64,000 nt of DNA, from the NCBI GenBank assembly GCA_964422795.1, contig CAYRCL010000002.1:50234-114233 (forward strand), given 5' to 3'. Below are positions 18,390 through 27,450 of the stretch, piece after piece. This DNA comes from an uncultured Chloroflexota bacterium (GTDB lineage Bacteria; Chloroflexota; UBA11872). Under the pieces are notes generated by a model, which did not search any database, was not told where the DNA came from, and saw nothing but the letters and a program-made list of their open reading frames with translations. The position numbers were made by a program, and so were the translations under genes. Each line of letters opens with the position of its first letter. Position 1 is the stretch's first letter.

Positions 18390-19742
18390 TCAGCTATTGG
18401 TTCGTCGTTCAGCAGCTCGTGCATGACCCTCGAGGCCCTCGGCCCGTGCCATGCGAGCGGCTACGGGTGCCAACTCTGCTGCTCGGGTGCCAGAAAATCG
18501 TATGACCGACATCGATTTGAGGAACGATCGCACCCCAAGAGGTGAGGAGAATCGAGCAGTCCCGCCGGTAGGCATAACATGGCTTGGGCCAGCGACATAG
18601 TCACCGAGGACCTCGGGCGATGTTCGTCCGAGGAATACCCCGCCAGCGTGTCGTATACGTGGGAGAAGAGCTTCAGCATCTTGGACGAGCAAGCACAAGT
18701 GTTCAGGTGCGTATGCGTTCGCGAGGTTAATAGCCTCATTCAGGCTATCAACGATGCCTACACCGCCGCGGAGACGAAAACTATCGCGCGCTAGCTGTCC
18801 CCGTGGAAGGTCTGCTAGCTGGGACTGAACCTCGTGCGTTATGGAGGTTGCTAAGGATCTTTCCGATGTCAGAGCAATAGGGCTTGCCGGACCACCGTGT
18901 TCAGCCTGAGCGATCAGGTCTGCGGCCACATCGGCAGCATCTGCAGTCGCATCGGCAATGATGAGTGTTTCTGTTGGTCCAGGCAGCAGATCAATGCCGA
19001 CGATCCCATAGAGAGCACGCTTTGCGAGGACGACCCAGGGATTTCCGGGTCCTGCGATCACGTCGCAACGTGGAACACTCTCGGTTCCGATTGCGAGTGC
19101 TGCAATTGCTTGGGCTCCACCGATAGTGAACACGCGTTTTACACCGGCTACATGCAGTGCGAGGGCCATTGCGGGACTTATGCCATCGTGACCAACAGGC
19201 GTGGTAACAACTACTTCGGCAACACCTGCTACCTGGGCTGGTATGGCTGCCATGAGCACTGTTGATACGAGTGGAGCTGCCTGACCTGGTACATATATGC
19301 CTGCTCGGTCTACAGGTATCCACCGTTGGCCTGTTTCATTGGAGGTGTCATCGAATGCTGTGGGTAACTCTTGTTCATGAAAAGCTCGGATCCGATCCGC
19401 AGCGAGCTGGAAGTCTGTGCCGAGGTTTGAAGTGGCGCGACTGCGTGCGTGTGCGAGGTGGGCAGAAGGAATTTCGAATGAACCAGGGGTGCTGTCGTCC
19501 AAGGCTTGGGCGATGTTCCTCACACCCATGTCGCCCTCGGCCTCGACCGTGCGAATCACTCGGTCAACGAATGCCTCGGGTGTGAGGGATTCATGAAATA
19601 CTTGTGATGAAATCCCGGCGGCCTCTTCATCAATCTCAACGAGACCTGTCGATCGATTGAGAAGTACCCTCCGAATCTCGTCGGCGCCATGTATGACGCG
19701 AACCGGTGATTCATCTGACAATTGATCTTGTATTGGATTCAT
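18390..19742 (-). CDS. hisD: Histidinol dehydrogenase
   Basis: 450 aa. HisD-type NAD/Zn-binding regions (GPGNPWV, QAEHG). Confidence 0.85.
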   Translation of the reverse strand: MNPIQDQLSDESPVRVIHGADEIRRVLLNRSTGLVEIDEEAAGISSQVFHESLTPEAFVDRVIRTVEAEGDMGVRNIAQALDDSTPGSFEIPSAHLAHARSRATSNLGTDFQLAADRIRAFHEQELPTAFDDTSNETGQRWIPVDRAGIYVPGQAAPLVSTVLMAAIPAQVAGVAEVVVTTPVGHDGISPAMALALHVAGVKRVFTIGGAQAIAALAIGTESVPRCDVIAGPGNPWVVLAKRALYGIVGIDLLPGPTETLIIADATADAADVAADLIAQAEHGGPASPIALTSERSLATSITHEVQSQLADLPRGQLARDSFRLRGGVGIVDSLNEAINLANAYAPEHLCLLVQDAEALLPRIRHAGGVFLGRTSPEVLGDYVAGPSHVMPTGGTARFSSPLGVRSFLKSMSVIRFSGTRAAELAPVAARMARAEGLEGHARAAERRTNS

Positions 19743-19791
19743 TAACGTAGTCTAGAGTGTGTGCGCGTCCCAAAGGCTTGGTACATGCTGC

Positions 19792-20259
19792 TTAGGCCGA
19801 TCGTCGTGGCAGGTGTCGCTGCTGGCTGTCGATGATAATTGTGACGGGACCCTGATTAATGATCTCGACATCCATATCAGCCTGAAATTTACCCGTCTGG
19901 ACATTGATCCCAGTGTCGTTAAGTGCGGAGGCTAGGTTGCCGATGAGTTCGGACGCAAGCTCTGGAACTTCCGCACCTTTGAAGCTCGGACGCCTTCCCT
20001 TCCGTGTGTCGGCGATCAGCGTGAATTGTGAAATGAGTAGAACCTCTCCTCCGACATCGCGTACCGATCGGTTCATATGGCCTGTATCGTCAGCGAGAAT
20101 TCGTAGGTTGGCTATTTTGTCGGCCAGATAAGCTACATCTTGATCACTATCGCCATGGGCAACGCCTACTAGCACGGCTAGGCCGGCATTGATTGACGCG
20201 TAGGTGCGTCCATTGATGTGGACGCTGGCGTTTCTGACCCGTTGAACAACGACACGCAT
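19792..20259 (-). CDS. dtd: D-aminoacyl-tRNA deacylase
   Basis: 155 aa. DTD fold motifs (MRVVVQRV, SQFTL, NQGPVT). Confidence 0.85.
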   Translation of the reverse strand: MRVVVQRVRNASVHINGRTYASINAGLAVLVGVAHGDSDQDVAYLADKIANLRILADDTGHMNRSVRDVGGEVLLISQFTLIADTRKGRRPSFKGAEVPELASELIGNLASALNDTGINVQTGKFQADMDVEIINQGPVTIIIDSQQRHLPRRSA

Positions 20260-20295
20260 TTCAGTCGATTTGCCTAGAGCGGGTGCTTGAGCTGG

Positions 20296-20637
20296 TTAGC
20301 TTTCGCCGTTACTGGGTGACGAAGACGATGGCGTATCTGATGAATTTGACTTAGCCGGGTCGGGGGTTTTTTTGCTTGTATTGTCGGTCTTCACAGGCTT
20401 GGAATCCTGTGATTTGTCAGGTGATTTTCCATCTTGCTTATATTTGCTTTTCTCAGTCCCTTCGCGGCTGTCAGTGACGTACCATCCACTACCTTTGAAG
20501 ATTACACCGGCGGGGTGAAATACCTTCCCCAACTTCCCCCCACACTCGTCACAATCGGTGAGCGGTTTATCTTTAAAGCTCTGGAGAACCTCCAGATGTA
20601 TTCCGCAATTTGCGCATTCGTACTCATAGGTCGGCAC
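20296..20637 (-). CDS. FmdB-family zinc-ribbon protein (putative regulatory protein) with Ser/Lys/Pro-rich tail
   Basis: 113 aa. MPTYEYECANCG...CDECGG is the canonical FmdB CxxC-CxxC zinc ribbon. Low-complexity C-terminal tail. Confidence 0.6.
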   Translation of the reverse strand: MPTYEYECANCGIHLEVLQSFKDKPLTDCDECGGKLGKVFHPAGVIFKGSGWYVTDSREGTEKSKYKQDGKSPDKSQDSKPVKTDNTSKKTPDPAKSNSSDTPSSSSPSNGES

Positions 20638-20900
20638 TGGCTGACGTCTCCTGGGCGTTGAAATGTTGTCGCGGTGCGCCGTTTATCCAGTGGCACCGTT
20701 CTTGAGTATACGGTCGGAGCTCGGTCTATACGTGCCGTAAGTAATGAGGCCCAAGCGGAAACTTTACGCTACTTATCGTCCGAGTGGCTAGGACTTGCAT
20801 TTATTGTAGTTCTTGGAATTAACAGTGGTGTGAACGGTCCGTGGAGAGGTTGATTAGGCTATAGGTCACAGATCTGGCGTCCGTTCGGTGCTAGCATGCT

Positions 20901-21284
20901 TTGGCTTATAAGGCACCAGATCGTCAGATTGAGGACGTTATGCGCTGTTCAGAGTGCAATCACGAAAATACCGAAGGTGCCTGGTTGTGTATCAATTGTG
21001 GCACCAAGCTTCCTCGTCCGGAGGATCAGGAATTGGGGGATGAGTCGCGCAAGGTGGATGAACCGAAGGAGGTTCAGCATCGCGACGAGGACCAATTTGC
21101 GCCGCAGATCAGTGAAAACCTACGCAAGCTTCGTGAACGTACAGAGCGTGAGCGAGGCCGGCAGGTCACAGTTCCTCGCATGGGGGCTCCGAGCGGAACC
21201 TTTTTAGGCTTTCCACTAGTCGTCTGGGTTCCAATTGCCCTGTTCTTTATTATCTTTGTCTATGTACTGTCGTCCTTACAGTGA
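20901..21284 (+). CDS. Zinc-ribbon domain protein with C-terminal TM anchor (hypothetical)
   Basis: 127 aa. CSECNHEN...CINCGTKL zinc ribbon, charged linker, C-terminal hydrophobic helix (FLGFPLVVWVPIALFFIIFVYVL). Confidence 0.4.
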   Translation: MAYKAPDRQIEDVMRCSECNHENTEGAWLCINCGTKLPRPEDQELGDESRKVDEPKEVQHRDEDQFAPQISENLRKLRERTERERGRQVTVPRMGAPSGTFLGFPLVVWVPIALFFIIFVYVLSSLQ

Positions 21285-21463
21285 TCGATAACCGAAGCGA
21301 GACACGTAAGCAGAGAGTGAAGCTGGCGGTTCGTCGTGCGCTGCCGTACGGAAAATTGCTGCCGACAGAGCCATGCTTGTGTTGCGGACGTTTGATAGTA
21401 GCTATTTCTGGAAGCCGGCTTGCCACTTGTAGCTACTGTGGATTCAAGGATCCGTGCTGCTGA
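21281..21463 (+). CDS. Small Cys-rich ORF (hypothetical), GTG start overlapping upstream stop
   Basis: 60 aa with CLCCGRL...CSYCGFKDPCC. Its GTG start overlaps the TGA stop of the upstream zinc-ribbon gene (GTGA). Could equally be non-coding. Confidence 0.2.
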   Translation: MIDNRSETRKQRVKLAVRRALPYGKLLPTEPCLCCGRLIVAISGSRLATCSYCGFKDPCC

Positions 21464-21476
21464 TCGAATCCGAGTG

Positions 21477-22571
21477 ACGGTAGATAGCCGTCTATCCGAA
21501 CACATACGGATAAGAGTTGGTGATTCTGGCCCGCTGCCGTTCAGCACATTTATGTCGCTGGCGCTCTACGATCCTGATGAGGGCTTCTACAGTCGTCGTG
21601 CGACGCCATACGGGGACTACTTCACCAGTGTCAGTGTGCACCCAACATTATTCGGTCGCATGTTGGCGGTTCATTTAGATGATGTGTGGAGAGCGCTTGG
21701 TTCTCCAGATCCATTCCGGATCGTTGAATTGGGGGCAGTCGATGGGCGGCTTGCAGATCAGATTCGGAGCGGTGCGACAGATCTTGCGTGGAGTAAGACG
21801 CTGGTTTACGTTGCGGTTGAACGTGCCTCAAACGTCGAGATGGTTGAGGCCGTGGACACCCAATACCATTCGATTGCTGAGGTCGAACCGCTCGAAGCAA
21901 GTGCCATTATTTCGAATGAATTTTTCGACGCGCTACCCGTACGTTTGGTACGCCGGACGGATGACGGATGGGTTGAAGAATGCGTCGATTTTGATGGCCA
22001 TAGAGCCTTTTTCACAGATCAGCCTGCGGTTACGACCCTGTTGGAGTATGCCGAGAGATACGCGAGAAGCACGCCGCTTGGTGGACGGATCGAGGTTCGG
22101 CAGGATGTTGACGATATCTATTCGTACGCTGCCGGATTAGCTGAGCGAATAGTGATGACGACGATTGACTACGGTGGAACGAGTAATGCGGTTCATTCAG
22201 AACGTCTGTCTGCAGGTACGCTGATGGCGTATCGGCGTCAGCAGGCCTCCGATGACGTTCTAGCCAATCCGGGATATGCAGACCTCACCGCACACGTAAA
22301 TTTCTCCCAATTGATTGACGCCGGACGGTTTCATGGATTTACTAGTAACCGCCTCGGAGTTCAGGCAGATTTTCTTGTAGCCCTTGGTGTGGGTGATCAT
22401 CTGGTCGAGGTCCAGGCACGCGGGGAAACAAAGCTCGCTGCATATACAGCGGAACGAGAAGCGGTTTTTCAGCTTGTGTCCCCTACTGATCTGGGTCGAT
22501 TTGGAGTGTTAACTCAAGGGATGGGTGCAGATCTGTCCTGCATTCGGGGCTTCACGGACGTGATTGAATGA
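21477..22571 (+). CDS. MidA/NDUFAF7-family class I SAM-dependent methyltransferase (DUF185)
   Basis: Conserved N-terminal family signature (IRIRVGDSGPLPFSTFMSLALYDPDEGFY) and SAM-binding ELGAVDGRL. Start uncertain (GTG 21477 versus ATG 21420 of the longest ORF). Confidence 0.65.
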   Translation, partial: TVDSRLSEHIRIRVGDSGPLPFSTFMSLALYDPDEGFYSRRATPYGDYFTSVSVHPTLFGRMLAVHLDDVWRALGSPDPFRIVELGAVDGRLADQIRSGATDLAWSKTLVYVAVERASNVEMVEAVDTQYHSIAEVEPLEASAIISNEFFDALPVRLVRRTDDGWVEECVDFDGHRAFFTDQPAVTTLLEYAERYARSTPLGGRIEVRQDVDDIYSYAAGLAERIVMTTIDYGGTSNAVHSERLSAGTLMAYRRQQASDDVLANPGYADLTAHVNFSQLIDAGRFHGFTSNRLGVQADFLVALGVGDHLVEVQARGETKLAAYTAEREAVFQLVSPTDLGRFGVLTQGMGADLSCIRGFTDVIE

Positions 22572-22598
22572 AGATGTCGCGACGAAAGGAAATGAAGA

Positions 22599-24011
22599 AT
22601 GGCAACACGCACGGAGCATGATCCACTAGGACCCCTCGAAGTATCTGCGGACGCGCTCTTTGGTGTTCAAACTCAGCGAGCGGTAGAGAACTTTCCCATC
22701 AGCGGACTGTGTCCTCATCCGGCATTTGTTTGGGGGACGGTTATCGTAAAGAAGGCTGCAGCTCTCACACACAAAGCTACGAACCGGCTAGAACCTGAGT
22801 TGGCAGACGCAATTGTTGGGGCGGCGAATGAGGTTCTTGATGGCCAGCATGTTGATCAATTCGTGGTAGACGTGTTCCAGGCTGGCGCTGGAACATCGCA
22901 CAACATGAATGCGAACGAGCTGCTCGCGAATCGAGCGAACGAAATTCTGGGCCATCCTCGTGGCGAATACGACCCTGTTCATCCGAACGACCATGTGAAT
23001 ATGGCCCAATCGACGAATGACGTGATCCCGACGGCAATCGCTCTAGCAGCGCTCAAGTTGCTTCCTGAACTCGCTTTGTCGCTGGAGCTGTTGGCTACAA
23101 GCCTCCAAGAGAAGGCGCGTGCATGGGATGGTGTTGTGAAGTCTGGTAGAACACATTTACAAGACGCTACGCCGGTGCGTCTTGGTCAGGAATTTGGAGC
23201 CTACGCGCAAGCGATCAGGCGTAATGCGCAATCGATTAGCGCGACTAGCGGGAGCTTGAGGGAGTTGAGTCTCGGTGGCACCGCAGTGGGTACCGGATTG
23301 AACGCTGAGCCTGAATATCAGGCGAAAGTCATTCAAGTCATCGCAGAACTTACAGGATTTGATGTATGTCAGCCTCACGACTACTTCTACGCGATGCAAA
23401 GCATGGCTCGGTTTGCCGAGCTATCGAGTGCGTTACGCACGCTTGCGCTCGATCTAAACCGAATCGCCAACGATTTTCGGCTACTGGGATCGGGCCCACG
23501 AACCGGCCTGTCCGAACTTCGGATGCCGCCGGTACAGCCGGGATCATCGATCATGCCTGGCAAGATCAATCCTGTTATGGCGGAGTGTCTAAACATGATT
23601 TGCTTCCAGGTATTCGGAAACGATTTGGCAATCGCGTCCGCTGTGACCGCCGGTCAGCTTGAACTGAATGTGATGATGCCACTGATTGCACACAACCTCT
23701 GTCAATCCATCGAGATCCTAAGCAATGGGACTCAGGCCTTTGCGCGGAAGGGTGTCGACGGACTCACGATTGATGCCCCCATGATTCGCTACTGGCTTGA
23801 GCGCAACACCATGTTGGCGACTGCACTCGCTCCCACGATCGGGTACGCGGCGGCTGCCGAGATCGCGAAAGAGGCAGTCGCGACTGGCGAGACAATACCG
23901 GTAGTGGCACGACGGTTGACTGGATTGTCCGAAACGGAGCTTGTTGAGGCACTGGATCCGGCTCCAATGACTGAGCCCGGGGTGCGTATGGGTGGTGGTG
24001 GCGGTGGATAA
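22599..24011 (+). CDS. aspA: Aspartate ammonia-lyase (class II fumarase/aspartase superfamily)
   Basis: 470 aa. Superfamily signature GSSIMPGKINPVMAE. The N-terminal ENFPISG and GQEF motifs fit aspartase better than FumC. Unusual GGGGGG C-terminus. Confidence 0.7.
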   Translation: MATRTEHDPLGPLEVSADALFGVQTQRAVENFPISGLCPHPAFVWGTVIVKKAAALTHKATNRLEPELADAIVGAANEVLDGQHVDQFVVDVFQAGAGTSHNMNANELLANRANEILGHPRGEYDPVHPNDHVNMAQSTNDVIPTAIALAALKLLPELALSLELLATSLQEKARAWDGVVKSGRTHLQDATPVRLGQEFGAYAQAIRRNAQSISATSGSLRELSLGGTAVGTGLNAEPEYQAKVIQVIAELTGFDVCQPHDYFYAMQSMARFAELSSALRTLALDLNRIANDFRLLGSGPRTGLSELRMPPVQPGSSIMPGKINPVMAECLNMICFQVFGNDLAIASAVTAGQLELNVMMPLIAHNLCQSIEILSNGTQAFARKGVDGLTIDAPMIRYWLERNTMLATALAPTIGYAAAAEIAKEAVATGETIPVVARRLTGLSETELVEALDPAPMTEPGVRMGGGGGG

Positions 24012-24306
24012 TCTGGATGGTTGGTCTTGAAATGGTTCTGTCACTGCGTTATCTCAGAACTAAAGCGGGAGGGTTTGCGGAGCGTGTTTCTTAGTGCGTC
24101 GGCAGTGCATAGGACATGTGATGAAGTTTTGGTCGGGGGGAAGACAATGCGACATTCCAGGTTGGACTGAATACGCCAGCATTGTGCTTGATATCGTTTG
24201 TGGAACGACGTTACTTCGTATCGAAGTGTCCCGTCTGTGACGCGCAGCCAGATGGGATCTTCTGATGGCGTTCCGGGTGGAACTGTTAGACCGGGAGGTT
24301 TAGTGA

Positions 24307-25053
24307 ATGACTGCTGAATTTGAGGGTCGGGTTGCGCTTGTTACCGGTGCGGCACGTGGCATGGGGCTTGCGACGGCTAAACGATTGTTGGCGGCGGGTG
24401 CGAAGGTGGCAGTGAATGATGTTGACGCCGATCGTATCCATGCTGTTGCGTCTGAGCTAGGATCCAACGCTTTGGCGGTGCCGGCTGATGTTGCTGATCC
24501 ATCTGCAATCCAGACGATGATTCGATGTGTAACTGATCGGTTTGGTCGGTTAGATGTCTTGGTGAATAACGCGGGGATCGTTTCGCCGACAAAATTTGAG
24601 GAGATAGGTGAACAGGAATGGCTTCGCGTTCTGGACATTAACGTCAACGGTACATTTCGATGCACTCAGGCTGTTGTGCCGGCGATGAAGACCAATGCTT
24701 ATGGTCGAATTGTGAACTTCTCGTCCACGGCCGGGAAGAATGTGAGCACTGTTGGCGGTGCGTCCTATACGACATCGAAAGCGGCGGTGCTCGGGTTGAC
24801 CCGGGCAACAGCTAAAGAGCTCGCTCCACATGGAATCACGGTGAATGCTGTGTGCCCTGGAATGATCGACACTGACATGCTGCGAGTAGCGTGGTCAGAA
24901 GAGCAGATTCAGACGTACGTTCCTTCGATCCCGTTAGGCCGGATGGGACAGCCGGCCGAGGTTGCTGAGCTCGTGTGTTTCTTGGCATCGGAACGCGCGG
25001 GCTATATCACTGGTGCGGCGTTAGATATTACCGGTGGCGAGTTGATGGTTTAG
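24307..25053 (+). CDS. SDR-family oxidoreductase (FabG-like)
   Basis: 248 aa. TGAARGMG cofactor motif and YTTSK catalytic Tyr/Lys. Confidence 0.8.
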   Translation: MTAEFEGRVALVTGAARGMGLATAKRLLAAGAKVAVNDVDADRIHAVASELGSNALAVPADVADPSAIQTMIRCVTDRFGRLDVLVNNAGIVSPTKFEEIGEQEWLRVLDINVNGTFRCTQAVVPAMKTNAYGRIVNFSSTAGKNVSTVGGASYTTSKAAVLGLTRATAKELAPHGITVNAVCPGMIDTDMLRVAWSEEQIQTYVPSIPLGRMGQPAEVAELVCFLASERAGYITGAALDITGGELMV

Positions 25054-25298
25054 CATGTTTTGGCAGGTCTGGTCCGTCTATGGAGTTGGAATCTGTTCTG
25101 CACTGTTCATGCTGGGGTATCCCTCTTCGGCGTGAAGGCATACTAAGATTAATCCGCCTGATCTGGTTGAAGACAGGTCGATTTCTCGGTCGCGAGTCGG
25201 AGGCAAAGCTAGCTGGGTGGGTAGGTTGACGGTCTTGGCTTCGATATCGAGACATCTTTCCGGTTGGCGCATCGGGTCCATGTGAAGGAGATCATGCT

Positions 25299-25553
25299 AT
25301 GGGCGTAATATTTCGATTGTTTGGTCGTCTTTTTTTGCTTGGGGTGCTAACCGCTGTCGTTGCAGCGGTGGCTGGGGTGCTTCGTGACCCTATGCGCCGT
25401 AATCGTGCTCGTGACGCGATGAACAGTGCCTCGTCCTTGGCTGGCGACGTAGCGTCGCGTGCAGCTGAGACTATGGGCAGATCCGACGATGGAGGTATGC
25501 CAGATTCTGAAGAGTCTGCTTCAGAGACGGACGGTGATAGCTCGAAGGTGTGA
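25299..25553 (+). CDS. Small hypothetical membrane protein
   Basis: 84 aa. N-terminal hydrophobic helix, acidic C-terminus. No homology recognised. Confidence 0.3.
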   Translation: MGVIFRLFGRLFLLGVLTAVVAAVAGVLRDPMRRNRARDAMNSASSLAGDVASRAAETMGRSDDGGMPDSEESASETDGDSSKV

Positions 25554-25604
25554 TCAACCGTCACGTTGTTCAACCCGTGTTCACAAACCTGCTAGCGTAT
25601 TTGT

Positions 25605-25702
25605 GGAGGTGGAAGGGACCGGGTGGTCCTTGCGGTCTTCAAAACCGTTGTGGGGCGCTGATTAGCGTCCCAGGTGGGTTCGACTCCCATGCACCTCCGC
25701 CA
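25605..25702 (+). tRNA. selC: tRNA-Sec (selenocysteine tRNA), anticodon UCA, CCA encoded
   Basis: Manual fold. Acceptor GGAGGTG/CACCTCC with an 8th G.G position, a 6-bp D-stem with 4-nt D-loop, anticodon loop CTTCAAA identical to the E. coli selC loop, a long variable arm, and T-arm GTGGG-TTCGACT-CCCAT. The 3' end GCACCTCC-G-CCA mirrors the E. coli selC 3' end (..CCGCCA). Confidence 0.75.
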
Positions 25703-25749
25703 TCGCTTCTTGTATCGATCTGGTGCGAAATCAATGCGGTTGCCTGGGA

Positions 25750-26994
25750 TCAGTACTGAGTGTGATCGGATCCACGGTTACGGCGGGGTGAGGTGTCGCC
25801 TACGACCAAGCCTATTCCAATCGCCAACGCACCGAATGCTGCGATTGCTACACCAGCACTTCCGAACCCTGCAGCATCGATTAGCGCACCAAGCGCTACA
25901 GGCATTCCGACCGTAGCCACGTCTGCAAAGAGCTGGTTGGTTCCGAGGGCTGATCCAAGTCGGTCCGAGGGGGCGCGATCGACGACCATGGTGTACACCA
26001 TGTGGCTGGCGGCAGCTCCGACTGCATACAGGAGAGCAAAACCGAGGTAGGGGCCAAATGTTGCCGTAGCTGGTAAGACGAGCGCGCCAAGCACAAGCGC
26101 CGACATGCCCGGAGCGAAAACGGCCATCCGGCCAACTCGATCTGAGAGTACCCCTGATGCGAGAGAAAGCGGAAACCGTGCTGCGGCTGCCATACCGATA
26201 GCAAGGCCAATGAGCGCCGGATTCAACCGTAGTGCTCGACTGCCAAACAGCGGGAACAGGGTTGACTTAAACCCGAAATTAGCCAGTGACGTAGCTGCGG
26301 TCATCAGATTAATACCAAGGAGGAAATGTATCTTGATTGGAAACTTATGTAGCCGTGAATCTTTCGATTCGATCCGCTTTTGAACCACGCCAGCGGCCAT
26401 CTCACCTTGGACAAAGACCGGAACCAGAAGCAGTGTTCCGATCGTCGGAATCAGCGTGAGGAGAAACCCCGTCCGCCAGCCGACAACCGCGGCAGCAAAT
26501 CCAATGGTCAGCGGTGCGAGAAACTCGCCAACCGGATTTGCGGTGTTAGCGATGCCCATCATGCGACCACGATCTGCGGGGCGGGCGCGCCGACCAATGT
26601 AGGCAGTCGCTGTGAAGACCGTGAGCGTAACGCCGAACCCTTGAATGACACGACCCGCAACTAGCAAGCCGAAGGTTTGGGCAAATGCCGCGACTAGACC
26701 GCCAATCACCGAGATTCCGGCGGCCACGTAGAACATTGTTGTGGGACGAATACGATCAGCCAGTGTCCCGGCCGGTAGATCGATGAGAACCCGGGAAAAC
26801 GCAAAGGCCGCGGTGAGTATGCCAAGGGCTGTGAAGGAGATGGAGAAGTCGGCGGCGATCTCACCTAGGATTGGCGTCAGGCCACCATTAGCGAACGAAC
26901 CGGCTGCTGAAAGAGCTGTAACTGCCAGAATGTCGGGAGGGATCCCACCCTCGTGGATCCGGATTCGTTTCAGCTGCTGCATAGACAGCAGCAT
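25750..26994 (-). CDS. MFS transporter
   Basis: 414 aa, about 12 predicted TM helices, MFS motif A-like GRxxDRxGR (LADRIRP / SDRVGRM). Confidence 0.8.
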   Translation of the reverse strand: MLLSMQQLKRIRIHEGGIPPDILAVTALSAAGSFANGGLTPILGEIAADFSISFTALGILTAAFAFSRVLIDLPAGTLADRIRPTTMFYVAAGISVIGGLVAAFAQTFGLLVAGRVIQGFGVTLTVFTATAYIGRRARPADRGRMMGIANTANPVGEFLAPLTIGFAAAVVGWRTGFLLTLIPTIGTLLLVPVFVQGEMAAGVVQKRIESKDSRLHKFPIKIHFLLGINLMTAATSLANFGFKSTLFPLFGSRALRLNPALIGLAIGMAAAARFPLSLASGVLSDRVGRMAVFAPGMSALVLGALVLPATATFGPYLGFALLYAVGAAASHMVYTMVVDRAPSDRLGSALGTNQLFADVATVGMPVALGALIDAAGFGSAGVAIAAFGALAIGIGLVVGDTSPRRNRGSDHTQY

Positions 26995-27058
26995 GCCCCG
27001 AGACTTGGACTTAGGCTAGTGGCCAGATATCTTCGGGGATATCTGTTTGTCCCCGTTG

Positions 27059-27382
27059 CTAAAAATGCGACTTCGCTGGATCACCTTCGATGGGCACCAT
27101 CACATAGCGCACGACGTCTGCTGGCGACGCTCGATGCTCTTGGGCGCGCGCACTGAATTCCATCATGTGTGGTGCGGCGGCGTGAGCCTTTAATGCGTCT
27201 TCAGAGGCCCATCGCTCGATGACGACGATTGCTTCGGGATCATCGATACCGCGATGATAGGTGTAGTGCAAGCAACCCGGTTCGTCGTGGACGTTGGCAA
27301 CATTGGCTTGCATTTCACCGATCAACGCGTCCGCGTGACCGGGCTTTGGATGGATGGTTGCAATTACGGTGATCTCGGGCAT
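27059..27382 (-). CDS. ABM-domain (antibiotic biosynthesis monooxygenase-like) protein
   Basis: 107 aa, ferredoxin-like fold size, with motifs typical of putative quinol monooxygenases (HPKPGHADAL..HDEPGCLHY). Confidence 0.55.
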   Translation of the reverse strand: MPEITVIATIHPKPGHADALIGEMQANVANVHDEPGCLHYTYHRGIDDPEAIVVIERWASEDALKAHAAAPHMMEFSARAQEHRASPADVVRYVMVPIEGDPAKSHF

Positions 27383-27450
27383 GGCGAAGCCTCCGGTCTA
27401 TCCAAAAGTTCAAAGCTGCGACAGTGTACGGTCTAGGCCGGTGTTAGTGA

